This document shows, piece after piece, positions 28,007 through 36,478 of a stretch of DNA of 64,000 nt. The position numbers and the translations under genes are program-made. Positions within the stretch are counted from its first letter, which is position 1; each line of letters opens with the position of its first letter. The DNA is from Deferribacterales bacterium (GTDB lineage: Bacteria > Chrysiogenota > Deferribacteres > Deferribacterales > Geovibrionaceae): positions 21,431 through 85,430 of the forward strand of contig JBFWLW010000009.1 in NCBI GenBank assembly GCA_050251945.1, written 5' to 3'. Under the pieces are notes generated by a model. That model was not told the origin of the DNA. It saw only the letters and a program-made list of their open reading frames with translations, and searched no databases.

Positions 28007-31000
28007 ATGCGTTATTTTAAACTGATTGCTATCTTTTTCCTTACTGCTCTTCTTGCATCGTGCGGCGGCGGAACAACCTCGTCAAAGACCAGAACAAGCT
28101 TGGAGATCAAGCTTCAACTGCCGAGCGATACGAAAAAACGCACAAAAAGTTCGCCAAGGTTCACCATTGGCAACACAAGCATATCAAAAGTTCAGATAGG
28201 ATATGGACTTACAGGCGAAAGCATGACCGCTCTGGACGTCACCACAGAGGCTGAAAACCAGTCGTCCGTCACTATTTCCCAGCTTGAGGCAGGAAAAGAG
28301 TACAGCTTCACCGTGGCGGCATACAGCGGCACGGATACCCTCGTCTGTCAGGGCGGCGACACACTGACCATAGTAGCCAACACAGAATCGGATTTAACAC
28401 TCACATGCAGTTTTCAGGATAAATACGCCCTTGAGAATTTCGTTTTCGGCATAGAAACCGGAATGATAAACGAAACCATAACGGAATCCGACATGGAAGA
28501 CTACGTGGCTGACAGCGCAGATTTCGGCGTTTACAACGGCATGGACAGGGACAGTTTCATATCCGATTTCATCGCAAAACGGGTTGAGATGAAAGATAAC
28601 GGTTTGAGTCTCATCTCCGTGCAGATGCTTGATCCAAGATCGAAAAAAACGGCGGAAGACACATCCACTGCAAAGGTCAAATATATATACAGTGACGGTT
28701 CGTACAGGTTTCAAGAACTTTGGGCGGCAAAAATAGACGATGAATGGAAGCTGGTGGGCAACGGACACAGCTATGACCTTTCGGTGCAGAATCAGGCGGC
28801 ACAGCTTTTCAGCACTGCCAGCCAGACAGAGCCTGATAAGGTTGCCGGAATAACAGTCGGTTCGGGAACAACGGCACGGGACAACATAGCATCGTTCACC
28901 CTGTCGGGAGACGGCATAAGCAGCACCAACTACTCAATAGTCACGGATTCCGACCCGATATATGCAAAACTTACCTCTCCCTCGTCCTCTTACTATTTCA
29001 AAGAGATAAACGAGAACATGACAATGTACGGCAGTGCATCAGCCGTTAATGACGGCGACCCGTACGTTTTCGCGATAACAACCGTCAACAGCGAATCTGA
29101 AACCGACACGCAGTATATTGATGGAGAAGGCATAACGGCTGCTGAAATGGAACAGGATGTTTTCCCCGCGGCAACCGTTACAGTGGATAACTACTGTACA
29201 AAAACCGTAAACCTTACAATGCCGACGGCATACACACCCAGCTGGGTTCAAATAGATATTTTAGTTTTAAACAGTTCTTCAACGGCAATAACAAGCTCTG
29301 TGAAAGTTCCTCTTAACGGGACAACAGCATCAGTCGATATGTCCGATGCACTCGGCAGCACGCCGCAATATTCTGAATTCAAGTTAACGGCGTATGACTC
29401 CGCGGGAAGAGCTTTTTCAACATATTACTCCTTTGAAAATCTCGGCATATCCGTTGACAGCGGATGTACATCTGGTGGAGGCTCAGGCGGCAGCGGCGGC
29501 GACATTGTTGTTGACGGGTATTACAATCTGGCAAGCCTCTCTGTTGATGGAATGAATTATTCAGTAAAATTCAACGGAATAAGGGTTAATTCAGATAATT
29601 CCTTCTACGGGATGCTCAGCAGTGAACTGTTCACCAGCGACTATATGGAAAGCAGCTATTTTGAACCGATAGTAGCCAATTTCAACAGCGACGGCACAGC
29701 CGCAAGCGCTTATTCAGTTCAGCATACGAATGCAAACTCAGAAAACACCATGTTCAGAGTGAAAGTGTTTAAAACATCCGACGGCTCACAGTTCATCGTT
29801 TCCGGCAACAACGACAATAACGACCGTTTCGTCAGTGTTATGAAGATAAATGCCGCCGGCAACGATATCGACTGGATAAAAAAATATCAAAGTAGCGACA
29901 CAGGCAATAACGAATATCACAAGTTCATCGACGCGTCGGTGATATCGGATTCAGTTGACGACACCGACAGCACGGAAGAGATTCTGCTGCTTATCAAAGG
30001 TCAGAACGCGGATGAGCAATTCAACTCGACCGTCATGATACTCAAAGTATCTTCAGAGGACGGAAGCATTCTCAACAGCAGTATAACAACCGTAACAAAC
30101 TCCAGCGGCGGTATAGTTCCGATAAAAATGGCGGTAATTAAACCTTACGATACAGTTGCCGTTCTGGCGTATACATGTGCAGACGACGGCACGACTCATT
30201 CGTCCATGTCGCTTCTTGCTTTGGATTCAGAGCTTACACTGCAGAATGCAAAAGAACTTTATGAAGGTTTCGACACTGTCATGTATTCCATCAGCGACAA
30301 TATGGCGGATGAAACATTGCTTAATAATATTGATATGGCGGCAGGCATCAACGGCAAAATATACATCACATTTACCGAAGATTATCTCAACGTATACATT
30401 GCTGAGATATCCACCGACCTTGATGAATACGGTTCCGCCTATGACATACAATCTATCTCGTTTATAAAGATGGACAACGGATACGCCGGTTATTATAATT
30501 ACATCCCAAGGATAGCTGTCGTGACGTCTCCTTCCGAAACGGAAAATCTTATATACTATTATTCCATGACTATAGGGTCAACAAGCGGAGATATAGTTAT
30601 AATGGTTTATTTGCCGATACTTGCGCAGCTGACAGAAGCAGCTTTCGACGGCTCAAGTCTCGCAAACGGCATCGGGTATAACTGGGCGATAGAAATTCCA
30701 AATATGCAGATGCCAGGCGGACAGCTCACAGGCGGTGCGGCATCGTCCGTTTTCCTGACAAATACGAGCAGTTTTGTCAGTGTGAATGTTGACGGAGAAT
30801 CCGGAGACAATCCTATAGACAGCGCAACCAACACGTTGTCATTCTCAAGTTATTCCATGGGAGACCCGTTGAACAACCTGACTACAATAGGATTTGATAA
30901 CGCAGGGATAAACGACATGAATGTTGAGGATATAGACGTAAGTTCCTTCAGCTTAACCCAAAGAGAACTTTCTATTATGGATCTGGCCGACATGCCCTGA
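28007..31000 (+). CDS. Large acidic surface lipoprotein of unknown function (paralog A)
   Basis: Lipobox LASC; FN3-like strand 'LEAGKEYSFTVAAY'; Ser/Thr/Asp-rich; propeller-like C-terminal half; homologous to 36479-39316. Confidence 0.8.
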   Translation: MRYFKLIAIFFLTALLASCGGGTTSSKTRTSLEIKLQLPSDTKKRTKSSPRFTIGNTSISKVQIGYGLTGESMTALDVTTEAENQSSVTISQLEAGKEYSFTVAAYSGTDTLVCQGGDTLTIVANTESDLTLTCSFQDKYALENFVFGIETGMINETITESDMEDYVADSADFGVYNGMDRDSFISDFIAKRVEMKDNGLSLISVQMLDPRSKKTAEDTSTAKVKYIYSDGSYRFQELWAAKIDDEWKLVGNGHSYDLSVQNQAAQLFSTASQTEPDKVAGITVGSGTTARDNIASFTLSGDGISSTNYSIVTDSDPIYAKLTSPSSSYYFKEINENMTMYGSASAVNDGDPYVFAITTVNSESETDTQYIDGEGITAAEMEQDVFPAATVTVDNYCTKTVNLTMPTAYTPSWVQIDILVLNSSSTAITSSVKVPLNGTTASVDMSDALGSTPQYSEFKLTAYDSAGRAFSTYYSFENLGISVDSGCTSGGGSGGSGGDIVVDGYYNLASLSVDGMNYSVKFNGIRVNSDNSFYGMLSSELFTSDYMESSYFEPIVANFNSDGTAASAYSVQHTNANSENTMFRVKVFKTSDGSQFIVSGNNDNNDRFVSVMKINAAGNDIDWIKKYQSSDTGNNEYHKFIDASVISDSVDDTDSTEEILLLIKGQNADEQFNSTVMILKVSSEDGSILNSSITTVTNSSGGIVPIKMAVIKPYDTVAVLAYTCADDGTTHSSMSLLALDSELTLQNAKELYEGFDTVMYSISDNMADETLLNNIDMAAGINGKIYITFTEDYLNVYIAEISTDLDEYGSAYDIQSISFIKMDNGYAGYYNYIPRIAVVTSPSETENLIYYYSMTIGSTSGDIVIMVYLPILAQLTEAAFDGSSLANGIGYNWAIEIPNMQMPGGQLTGGAASSVFLTNTSSFVSVNVDGESGDNPIDSATNTLSFSSYSMGDPLNNLTTIGFDNAGINDMNVEDIDVSSFSLTQRELSIMDLADMP

Positions 31001-31027
31001 CCGGCAGAACCCTATTTAAAACAAAAA

Positions 31028-31218
31028 AGGCGGAGAGCATGAACTCGCCGCCTTAGACTAATGACAAAGTCTTATAAAGACGGGATTGCTTCGCTCAGCT
31101 CGCAAAGACGGAAAGAAAAAACGTCTCTGCGAGGAGCTTAGCGACGAAGCAGTCTCATTGTTTTTTGCTAAGCTTAGTTTGTTAACAAACTGAGGCGGAG
31201 AGCATGAACTCACCGCCT
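31028..31218. mobile_element. MITE copy 2 (31054-31192) flanked by a 26-bp duplication of a terminator hairpin (31028-31053, 31193-31218; 1 mismatch)
   Basis: AGGCGGAGAGCATGAACTC(G/A)CCGCCT on both sides; ends TAGACTAATGACAAAGT...AGTTTGTTAACAAACTG; two internal REP-like units. Confidence 0.85.
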
Positions 31219-31240
31219 ATTATTTTTTCACAAAAGATTT

Positions 31241-32920
31241 CTATCCGTTGCTCTGCGCTTTCGCCCAGCTGTCTTTAAGACCGACAGTCTTGTTAAAGAC
31301 AGGTTTTCCGGGTTTTGAATCCTTGTCGCTTGCGAAATAACCGACGCGCAGGAACTGATACTTCTGCATCGGTTCAACGTCTTTAAGCGACGGTTCCGCA
31401 AGACATGTGGCAACTTTCAGCGAATCGGGGTTGATGTTAGCTGTAAAGTCCATGCCCTCCGGCGCTTTGTCGGGGTTCGGAGTGTTGAAAAGGTGTTCGT
31501 ACATGCGTACTTCCGCCTCAACGCAGTGTCTGGCGCTTACCCAGTGGGCAGTTCCCTTGACCTTGCGTCCATCCTCCGTCCAGCCGCCGCGGCTTGCGGG
31601 GTCATATGTACAGCGAAGCTCAAGGATATTGCCGTCGGCATCCTTAACGACCTCTTCGCATTTGATATAATAAGCGTGTTTAAGCCTCATCTCCTGCCCG
31701 GGAGAAAGTCTGAAATACTTTTTCGGCGGGTTTTCCATAAAGTCATCCCGCTCAATGTATACCTCGCGGCAGAAAGGCACCTGTCTTGAACCGTCCGCTT
31801 CGTTTTCAGGGTTGTTCTCCGCCTCAAACCATTCCTCTTTGTCCTCAGGATAATTGGTTATCACAACCTTAAGCGGGTCTGTTACAACCATAACTCTTTG
31901 GGCTGTCTTGTTTAGGTCTTCGCGCAGGCAGTATTCAAGCTGACCGTAATCGACAGTGCTGTTGCTTTTGGCAACGCCTATCATTTCGGCAAAGTTCCTG
32001 ATGGATTCGGGAGTAAAACCTCTGCGGCGAAGTCCGGCTATTGTGGGCATACGCGGGTCGTCCCAGCCGTTCACAAAATTTTTCTGAACCAGCGTAAGGA
32101 GTTTCCTTTTGCTCATAACGGTGTATGTGAGATTAAGCCTCGCGAACTCTATCTGTTGTGGATGAAAAACGCCCAGTTCGTCAAGGAACCAGTCGTAAAG
32201 GGGTCTGTGGTCTTCAAATTCCAGAGTACAGATAGAGTGTGTTATCTTTTCAAGTGAGTCTTCAAGCCCGTGCGCAAAGTCGTACATGGGATATATGCAC
32301 CATTTGTCGCCTGTGCGGTGGTGGTGCGCATGTGCGATGCGGTAGATAACGGGGTCGCGCATATTCATGTTGGGAGACGCCATATCTATCTTTGCGCGAA
32401 GGACTTTTTCACCGTCGCCGAACTCGCCCTTTCTCATGCGCTCAAACAGATCAAGATTTTCCTCAACGCTCCTGCCTCTGTAGGGGCTTTCCACGCCCGC
32501 CTCTTTCAGATTACCGCGTGTCTTGCGCATCTCTTCGGCGTTCAATTCGCAGACGTACGCCTTACCCTTTTTGATAAGGTTAACGGCGCACTCGTAGAAA
32601 AATTCAAAATAGTCGGAGGCATAGAACTCTCTGTCCTCCCAGTCAAATCCAAGCCAGCGCACGTCTTCGCGGATGGAATCGACATATTCCACATCCTCTT
32701 TAACGGGGTTGGTGTCGTCATAGCGCAGGTTGCACTTGCCGCCGAACTCTCTTGCCAGCCCGAAGTTGATGCAGATGGACTTTGCGTGCCCTATGTGCAG
32801 ATATCCGTTGGGCTCCGGCGGGAAACGCGTATGCACACGGTTTTCGTTCTTGCCCTCTTCCAGATCCTTACGGATTATTGTCTTTATAAAATTGGACGGT
32901 TTAGATACTTCTTCTTCCAT
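31241..32920 (-). CDS. glnS: Glutamine--tRNA ligase
   Basis: '[18 protein letters not shown]', 'MSKRKL', '[10 protein letters not shown]'. Confidence 0.96.
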   Translation of the reverse strand: MEEEVSKPSNFIKTIIRKDLEEGKNENRVHTRFPPEPNGYLHIGHAKSICINFGLAREFGGKCNLRYDDTNPVKEDVEYVDSIREDVRWLGFDWEDREFYASDYFEFFYECAVNLIKKGKAYVCELNAEEMRKTRGNLKEAGVESPYRGRSVEENLDLFERMRKGEFGDGEKVLRAKIDMASPNMNMRDPVIYRIAHAHHHRTGDKWCIYPMYDFAHGLEDSLEKITHSICTLEFEDHRPLYDWFLDELGVFHPQQIEFARLNLTYTVMSKRKLLTLVQKNFVNGWDDPRMPTIAGLRRRGFTPESIRNFAEMIGVAKSNSTVDYGQLEYCLREDLNKTAQRVMVVTDPLKVVITNYPEDKEEWFEAENNPENEADGSRQVPFCREVYIERDDFMENPPKKYFRLSPGQEMRLKHAYYIKCEEVVKDADGNILELRCTYDPASRGGWTEDGRKVKGTAHWVSARHCVEAEVRMYEHLFNTPNPDKAPEGMDFTANINPDSLKVATCLAEPSLKDVEPMQKYQFLRVGYFASDKDSKPGKPVFNKTVGLKDSWAKAQSNG

Positions 32921-32931
32921 GTATCAATCCT

Positions 32932-34398
32932 TTATACGTTTTTTTCTATCCATGCAGACGCCGCAGCAACTCTGCGTTTAACACAGTCCGACCCAAGAAG
33001 TTCCAGCATATCGAACAGATCCGGACCGCCGCCAACGCCTGTAACGGCGAGCCTTACAGCGGAATTTATCTTTCCGGCGGACATACCCAGTTCGTCTGCT
33101 ATGCCGTGAAAAAGCTCTTCCAGAGCCGCTCTGTTCCATTCGGCAACGCTGTCCGCCTTTTCAACAATCTTATCAAAAGCAGGTTTAACAGCCGCAGTGA
33201 ACTGTTTGCCCGCCTGTTTCGCGTCGTAATCTTCGGGGTCTTTGAAGAAATAACCGCCGTTTTCACCGAATTCTGTCACTTTTTTACAGCGGGTTTTGAA
33301 CAGCGATACGACGCGCTCTTTATACTCTGTGCTGAAATCTGCAACGGGAAGACTTTTCTCCGCCCACATGGGTTCTATATCCGCCAGCAGTTTGGAGGAA
33401 TCGTAATGCTCCATATACTGACCGTTCATCCACTCAAGCTTCTGCTCGTCGAAAACAGAGGGTTTTGCGGATATGCGGTGCATATCGAAAGCTTCCGTAA
33501 TCTCTTCGACGGGCATTATCTCCCTGTCGTCGCCGGGGTTCCAGCCCAGCAATGAAAGGAAGTTCAGAAGCGCTTCCGGAAGAAAACCGGCGCGCTTGTA
33601 ATCCATTACCGATGCGGCGCCCTTGCGTTTGGAGAGCTTTCCGCCGTCTGGTGAAAGGATAACGGGCAGATGCGCTATAACCGGCGGCTGCCATCCGAAC
33701 GCTTTATAAAGCAGGACGTGGCGTGGCGTGCTGGCAATCCATTCGTCACCGCGCAGAACATGCGATATCTCCATCAGGTGATCGTCCACAACGCTTGCAA
33801 GGTGATACGTCGGGTAGCCGTCCGTTTTCATAAGCACGGTGTCGTCAACCATTGTGACCGGGGTCTCTATCTCTCCGCGGATACCGTCTATGAACGAGAT
33901 ACTGCCTTCCAGAGGCGCTTTCAGCCTGAGAACGTAGGGTTCTCCCGCCTCAATGCGTTTCATCGCCTCGTCTTTTGAGATATCGCGGCACCTTCTGTCA
34001 TATCCGCCGTGTATTTCTTTGCGCAGTTCTTTCTCTTTGCGCATCTTTTCCAGACGCTCCGGCGTGCAGAAACAGGGATAAACCTGCCCTCTGTCCCAGA
34101 GTATCTGAGCATATTTCTTATATATGTCAAGCCTTTCAGACTGGATGTACGGACCGTGGTCTCCGCCCTTTTCAGGACCCTCCGTCCACTCTATCCCCAT
34201 CCATCTGAGGCTTTCAAATATCTCTTTAAGAGAATCTTCCTGAAAACGTGTTCTGTCCGTATCCTCGATACGAAGAATAAACGTTCCGCCTGTTTTCTTA
34301 GCAAACAGGTAATTGAAAAGGGCTGTTCTTGCGCCGCCGACGTGCAAATAGCCTGTGGGCGAGGGAGCAAAGCGCACCCTGATACGATTTTCGCTCAT
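32932..34398 (-). CDS. gltX: Glutamate--tRNA ligase
   Basis: 'RVRFAPSPTGYLHVGGARTAL', 'LRIEDTD', 'KLSKR'. Confidence 0.96.
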   Translation of the reverse strand: MSENRIRVRFAPSPTGYLHVGGARTALFNYLFAKKTGGTFILRIEDTDRTRFQEDSLKEIFESLRWMGIEWTEGPEKGGDHGPYIQSERLDIYKKYAQILWDRGQVYPCFCTPERLEKMRKEKELRKEIHGGYDRRCRDISKDEAMKRIEAGEPYVLRLKAPLEGSISFIDGIRGEIETPVTMVDDTVLMKTDGYPTYHLASVVDDHLMEISHVLRGDEWIASTPRHVLLYKAFGWQPPVIAHLPVILSPDGGKLSKRKGAASVMDYKRAGFLPEALLNFLSLLGWNPGDDREIMPVEEITEAFDMHRISAKPSVFDEQKLEWMNGQYMEHYDSSKLLADIEPMWAEKSLPVADFSTEYKERVVSLFKTRCKKVTEFGENGGYFFKDPEDYDAKQAGKQFTAAVKPAFDKIVEKADSVAEWNRAALEELFHGIADELGMSAGKINSAVRLAVTGVGGGPDLFDMLELLGSDCVKRRVAAASAWIEKNV

Positions 34399-34538
34399 TT
34401 TGACTCCTGAAAAAGAAAAAACTAATTCACAATACCGATTAACCTGTTATACTAACGTATTCCCAGTTTATTTTCAACATCGGAAGCACCATATTATTTT
34501 TATCTGCGGGACAGGATTTTTTGTACGTTGGAGAACAA

Positions 34539-35891
34539 ATGGATCATAAACTTGATTCAGACCCTTTTGATATATATGTCACAGCATCATTTGACATAGC
34601 CTACGCCCTTTCAAGGGCGCTCGACCTTGTCAATCCCATGATAAATAACCACCATCAGCGTGTTGCATTCATAGCGGGAAGCATCGCATCCGAAGCTGGT
34701 CTTCCTGTGAAAGATATAGAAAACATAGTCCTTGCATCCCTGATACACGACATAGGCGTAGTTATGGAGAACGAATTCCTTGAGCTGGCAGATACCAGCG
34801 ACAAAAAAGGCGATTCGGAATTCTGCCACGCAATTGTCGGTTCCCACCTGCTCACCAGCCTTAAACTTTTTCCTGAACTTCCGGCACTTGTGAAATACCA
34901 CCACTCACCATACGGGGGCGAAATAAACCATCTCGCAGAGACCTGCGACGAGGTTATCCCCGAAGGCGCAATGGTGATACATCTGGCAGACCGCATAGAC
35001 GTTCTTCTGAACCGCTCGGAGCCGTCGCTCGACCAGAAAAACGGCATAATTGAAAACGTGAACCGTTTCGGCGGTACAAAATTCAATCCGGATCATCTCG
35101 CGGCATTTAACAGGCTGGCAGAGAGAGAATCCTTCTGGTTCGACATAGAAGAACAGGAAAAATATAAGCTTCTGAAATACAAATTCCGCTTTTCCCACAT
35201 AAACATGGATATCGACAGCATACTGGAGACCGCGAAACTTTTAAGCCGCATAATAGATTTCCGCTGTGTGTTTACTGCAAACCACTCCGCTGGAGTTGCC
35301 GCTGTGGCAAAGCTCATAACTGAAAAACTCGGATTTCCGGAACGCGACTGCAAATCCATGATGATCGCAGGATATCTGCACGACATAGGCAAGCTCGCCA
35401 TCCCGTCGTCCATCCTTTACAAGCAAAGTGCTCTTAATGAAGACGAAATACTGATTCTGCGCAAGCACCCGTATTACACCTATTCAATACTGAACACCTT
35501 CCAGATATTTGACAAAATAAAAAACTGGGCGGCTTTTCACCACGAATGTCTCGACGGAAGCGGATATCCGTTCCATCTGACAGACGACAAGCTCGATCTG
35601 GGATGCAGAATACTTGGACTGGCTGACATTGTCACGGCGCTCACAGAGGAACGCCCATACAGGTCTTCCATGCCGAAAGACAAGGTGGCACAGATAATAC
35701 AGGAAATGGTTCAGAACGGAAAAATGGACAGGCAGGTCGCCTCAACAGTGCTTGATAATTTTGAAGAGATAAACGATGCCAGACAATTAAGTCAGGCAGA
35801 TGAAATGAAAACGTTTGAACTTTTCAAAGATGCGATAATGAATAATAAAATATGTAAAAAGAACATTAGGTTCATCACGGCACTGCAGTGA
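34539..35891 (+). CDS. Tandem HD / HD-GYP phosphohydrolase (putative cyclic dinucleotide phosphodiesterase)
   Basis: Two 'HDIG' motifs; second domain has 'HHECLDGSGYP' and 'RPYR'. Confidence 0.88.
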   Translation: MDHKLDSDPFDIYVTASFDIAYALSRALDLVNPMINNHHQRVAFIAGSIASEAGLPVKDIENIVLASLIHDIGVVMENEFLELADTSDKKGDSEFCHAIVGSHLLTSLKLFPELPALVKYHHSPYGGEINHLAETCDEVIPEGAMVIHLADRIDVLLNRSEPSLDQKNGIIENVNRFGGTKFNPDHLAAFNRLAERESFWFDIEEQEKYKLLKYKFRFSHINMDIDSILETAKLLSRIIDFRCVFTANHSAGVAAVAKLITEKLGFPERDCKSMMIAGYLHDIGKLAIPSSILYKQSALNEDEILILRKHPYYTYSILNTFQIFDKIKNWAAFHHECLDGSGYPFHLTDDKLDLGCRILGLADIVTALTEERPYRSSMPKDKVAQIIQEMVQNGKMDRQVASTVLDNFEEINDARQLSQADEMKTFELFKDAIMNNKICKKNIRFITALQ

Positions 35892-35912
35892 TGAACCGTG
35901 ATATTCCTTTCG

Positions 35913-36122
35913 TCAGGCGGTTTTGTCGTCGAAGAAATGGAGCATTGACGTCTGCTTCTCTTCCTGTGCCACCTGTTTGGGGATCACTTTCTTTTTGGAT
36001 TCTTTTTTGATTTCAAAGTAGCATTTGTAAATTGCGCCGCAGTTGTCGCAACGTACCGCACCGGCCTGTTTAACGGTTATCTTTGTGCCGCAGTCTTTAC
36101 ATTCAAAGGACTTTTTAGCCAT
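35913..36122 (-). CDS. Small zinc-ribbon protein, function unknown
   Basis: CKDC...CDNC pairs, Lys-rich tail; GGAG upstream of ATG 36122. Confidence 0.6.
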   Translation of the reverse strand: MAKKSFECKDCGTKITVKQAGAVRCDNCGAIYKCYFEIKKESKKKVIPKQVAQEEKQTSMLHFFDDKTA

Positions 36123-36255
36123 CTTCTCAACTCCGCATTGATCAGAATACATGGTTTTTGACGATATTCGTCACTTGATATCGCACAATATCACATCCGT
36201 TCCAAAATTAATGTCAAATTAATGCAATATTTGTTAAACCTGTTAAACAATAGAG

Positions 36256-36463
36256 AAATGGGACATATACAAAACATATGTCCCATCAGAGACTGATGAC
36301 AAAGTTAGTAAAATGCGAGATCGCTTCGTCGCATGCGCTCCTCGCGAAGACAAAAAAACGTCTCTGCGATGGGTTTTAACCCGAAGCAGTCTAATGTGAG
36401 TCCGTGTAAATTTAGTTTGTCAATAACCTGAAATGGGACATATGCAAAACATATGCCCCATCA
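36256..36463. mobile_element. MITE copy 3 (36289-36430) flanked by a 33-bp hairpin duplication (36256-36288, 36431-36463; 2 mismatches)
   Basis: AAATGGGACATAT(A/G)CAAAACATATG(T/C)CCCATCA on both sides; ends GAGACTGATGACAAAGT...AGTTTGTCAATAACCTG. Confidence 0.88.
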
Positions 36464-36478
36464 GAAGATATATGACAT

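Noticed and set aside
29470..29500. SGGGSGGSGG low-complexity tract in lipoprotein A
   Set aside because: Ordinary flexible linker with varied codons; not a phase-variation repeat.
36256..36463. Repeat-spacer-repeat with 33-bp palindromic repeats, resembling a mini CRISPR array (also 5206-5387 and 31028-31218)
   Set aside because: The repeats differ at each locus while the ~140-bp middle is conserved, the reverse of CRISPR; no cas genes. Better explained as target-site duplications.
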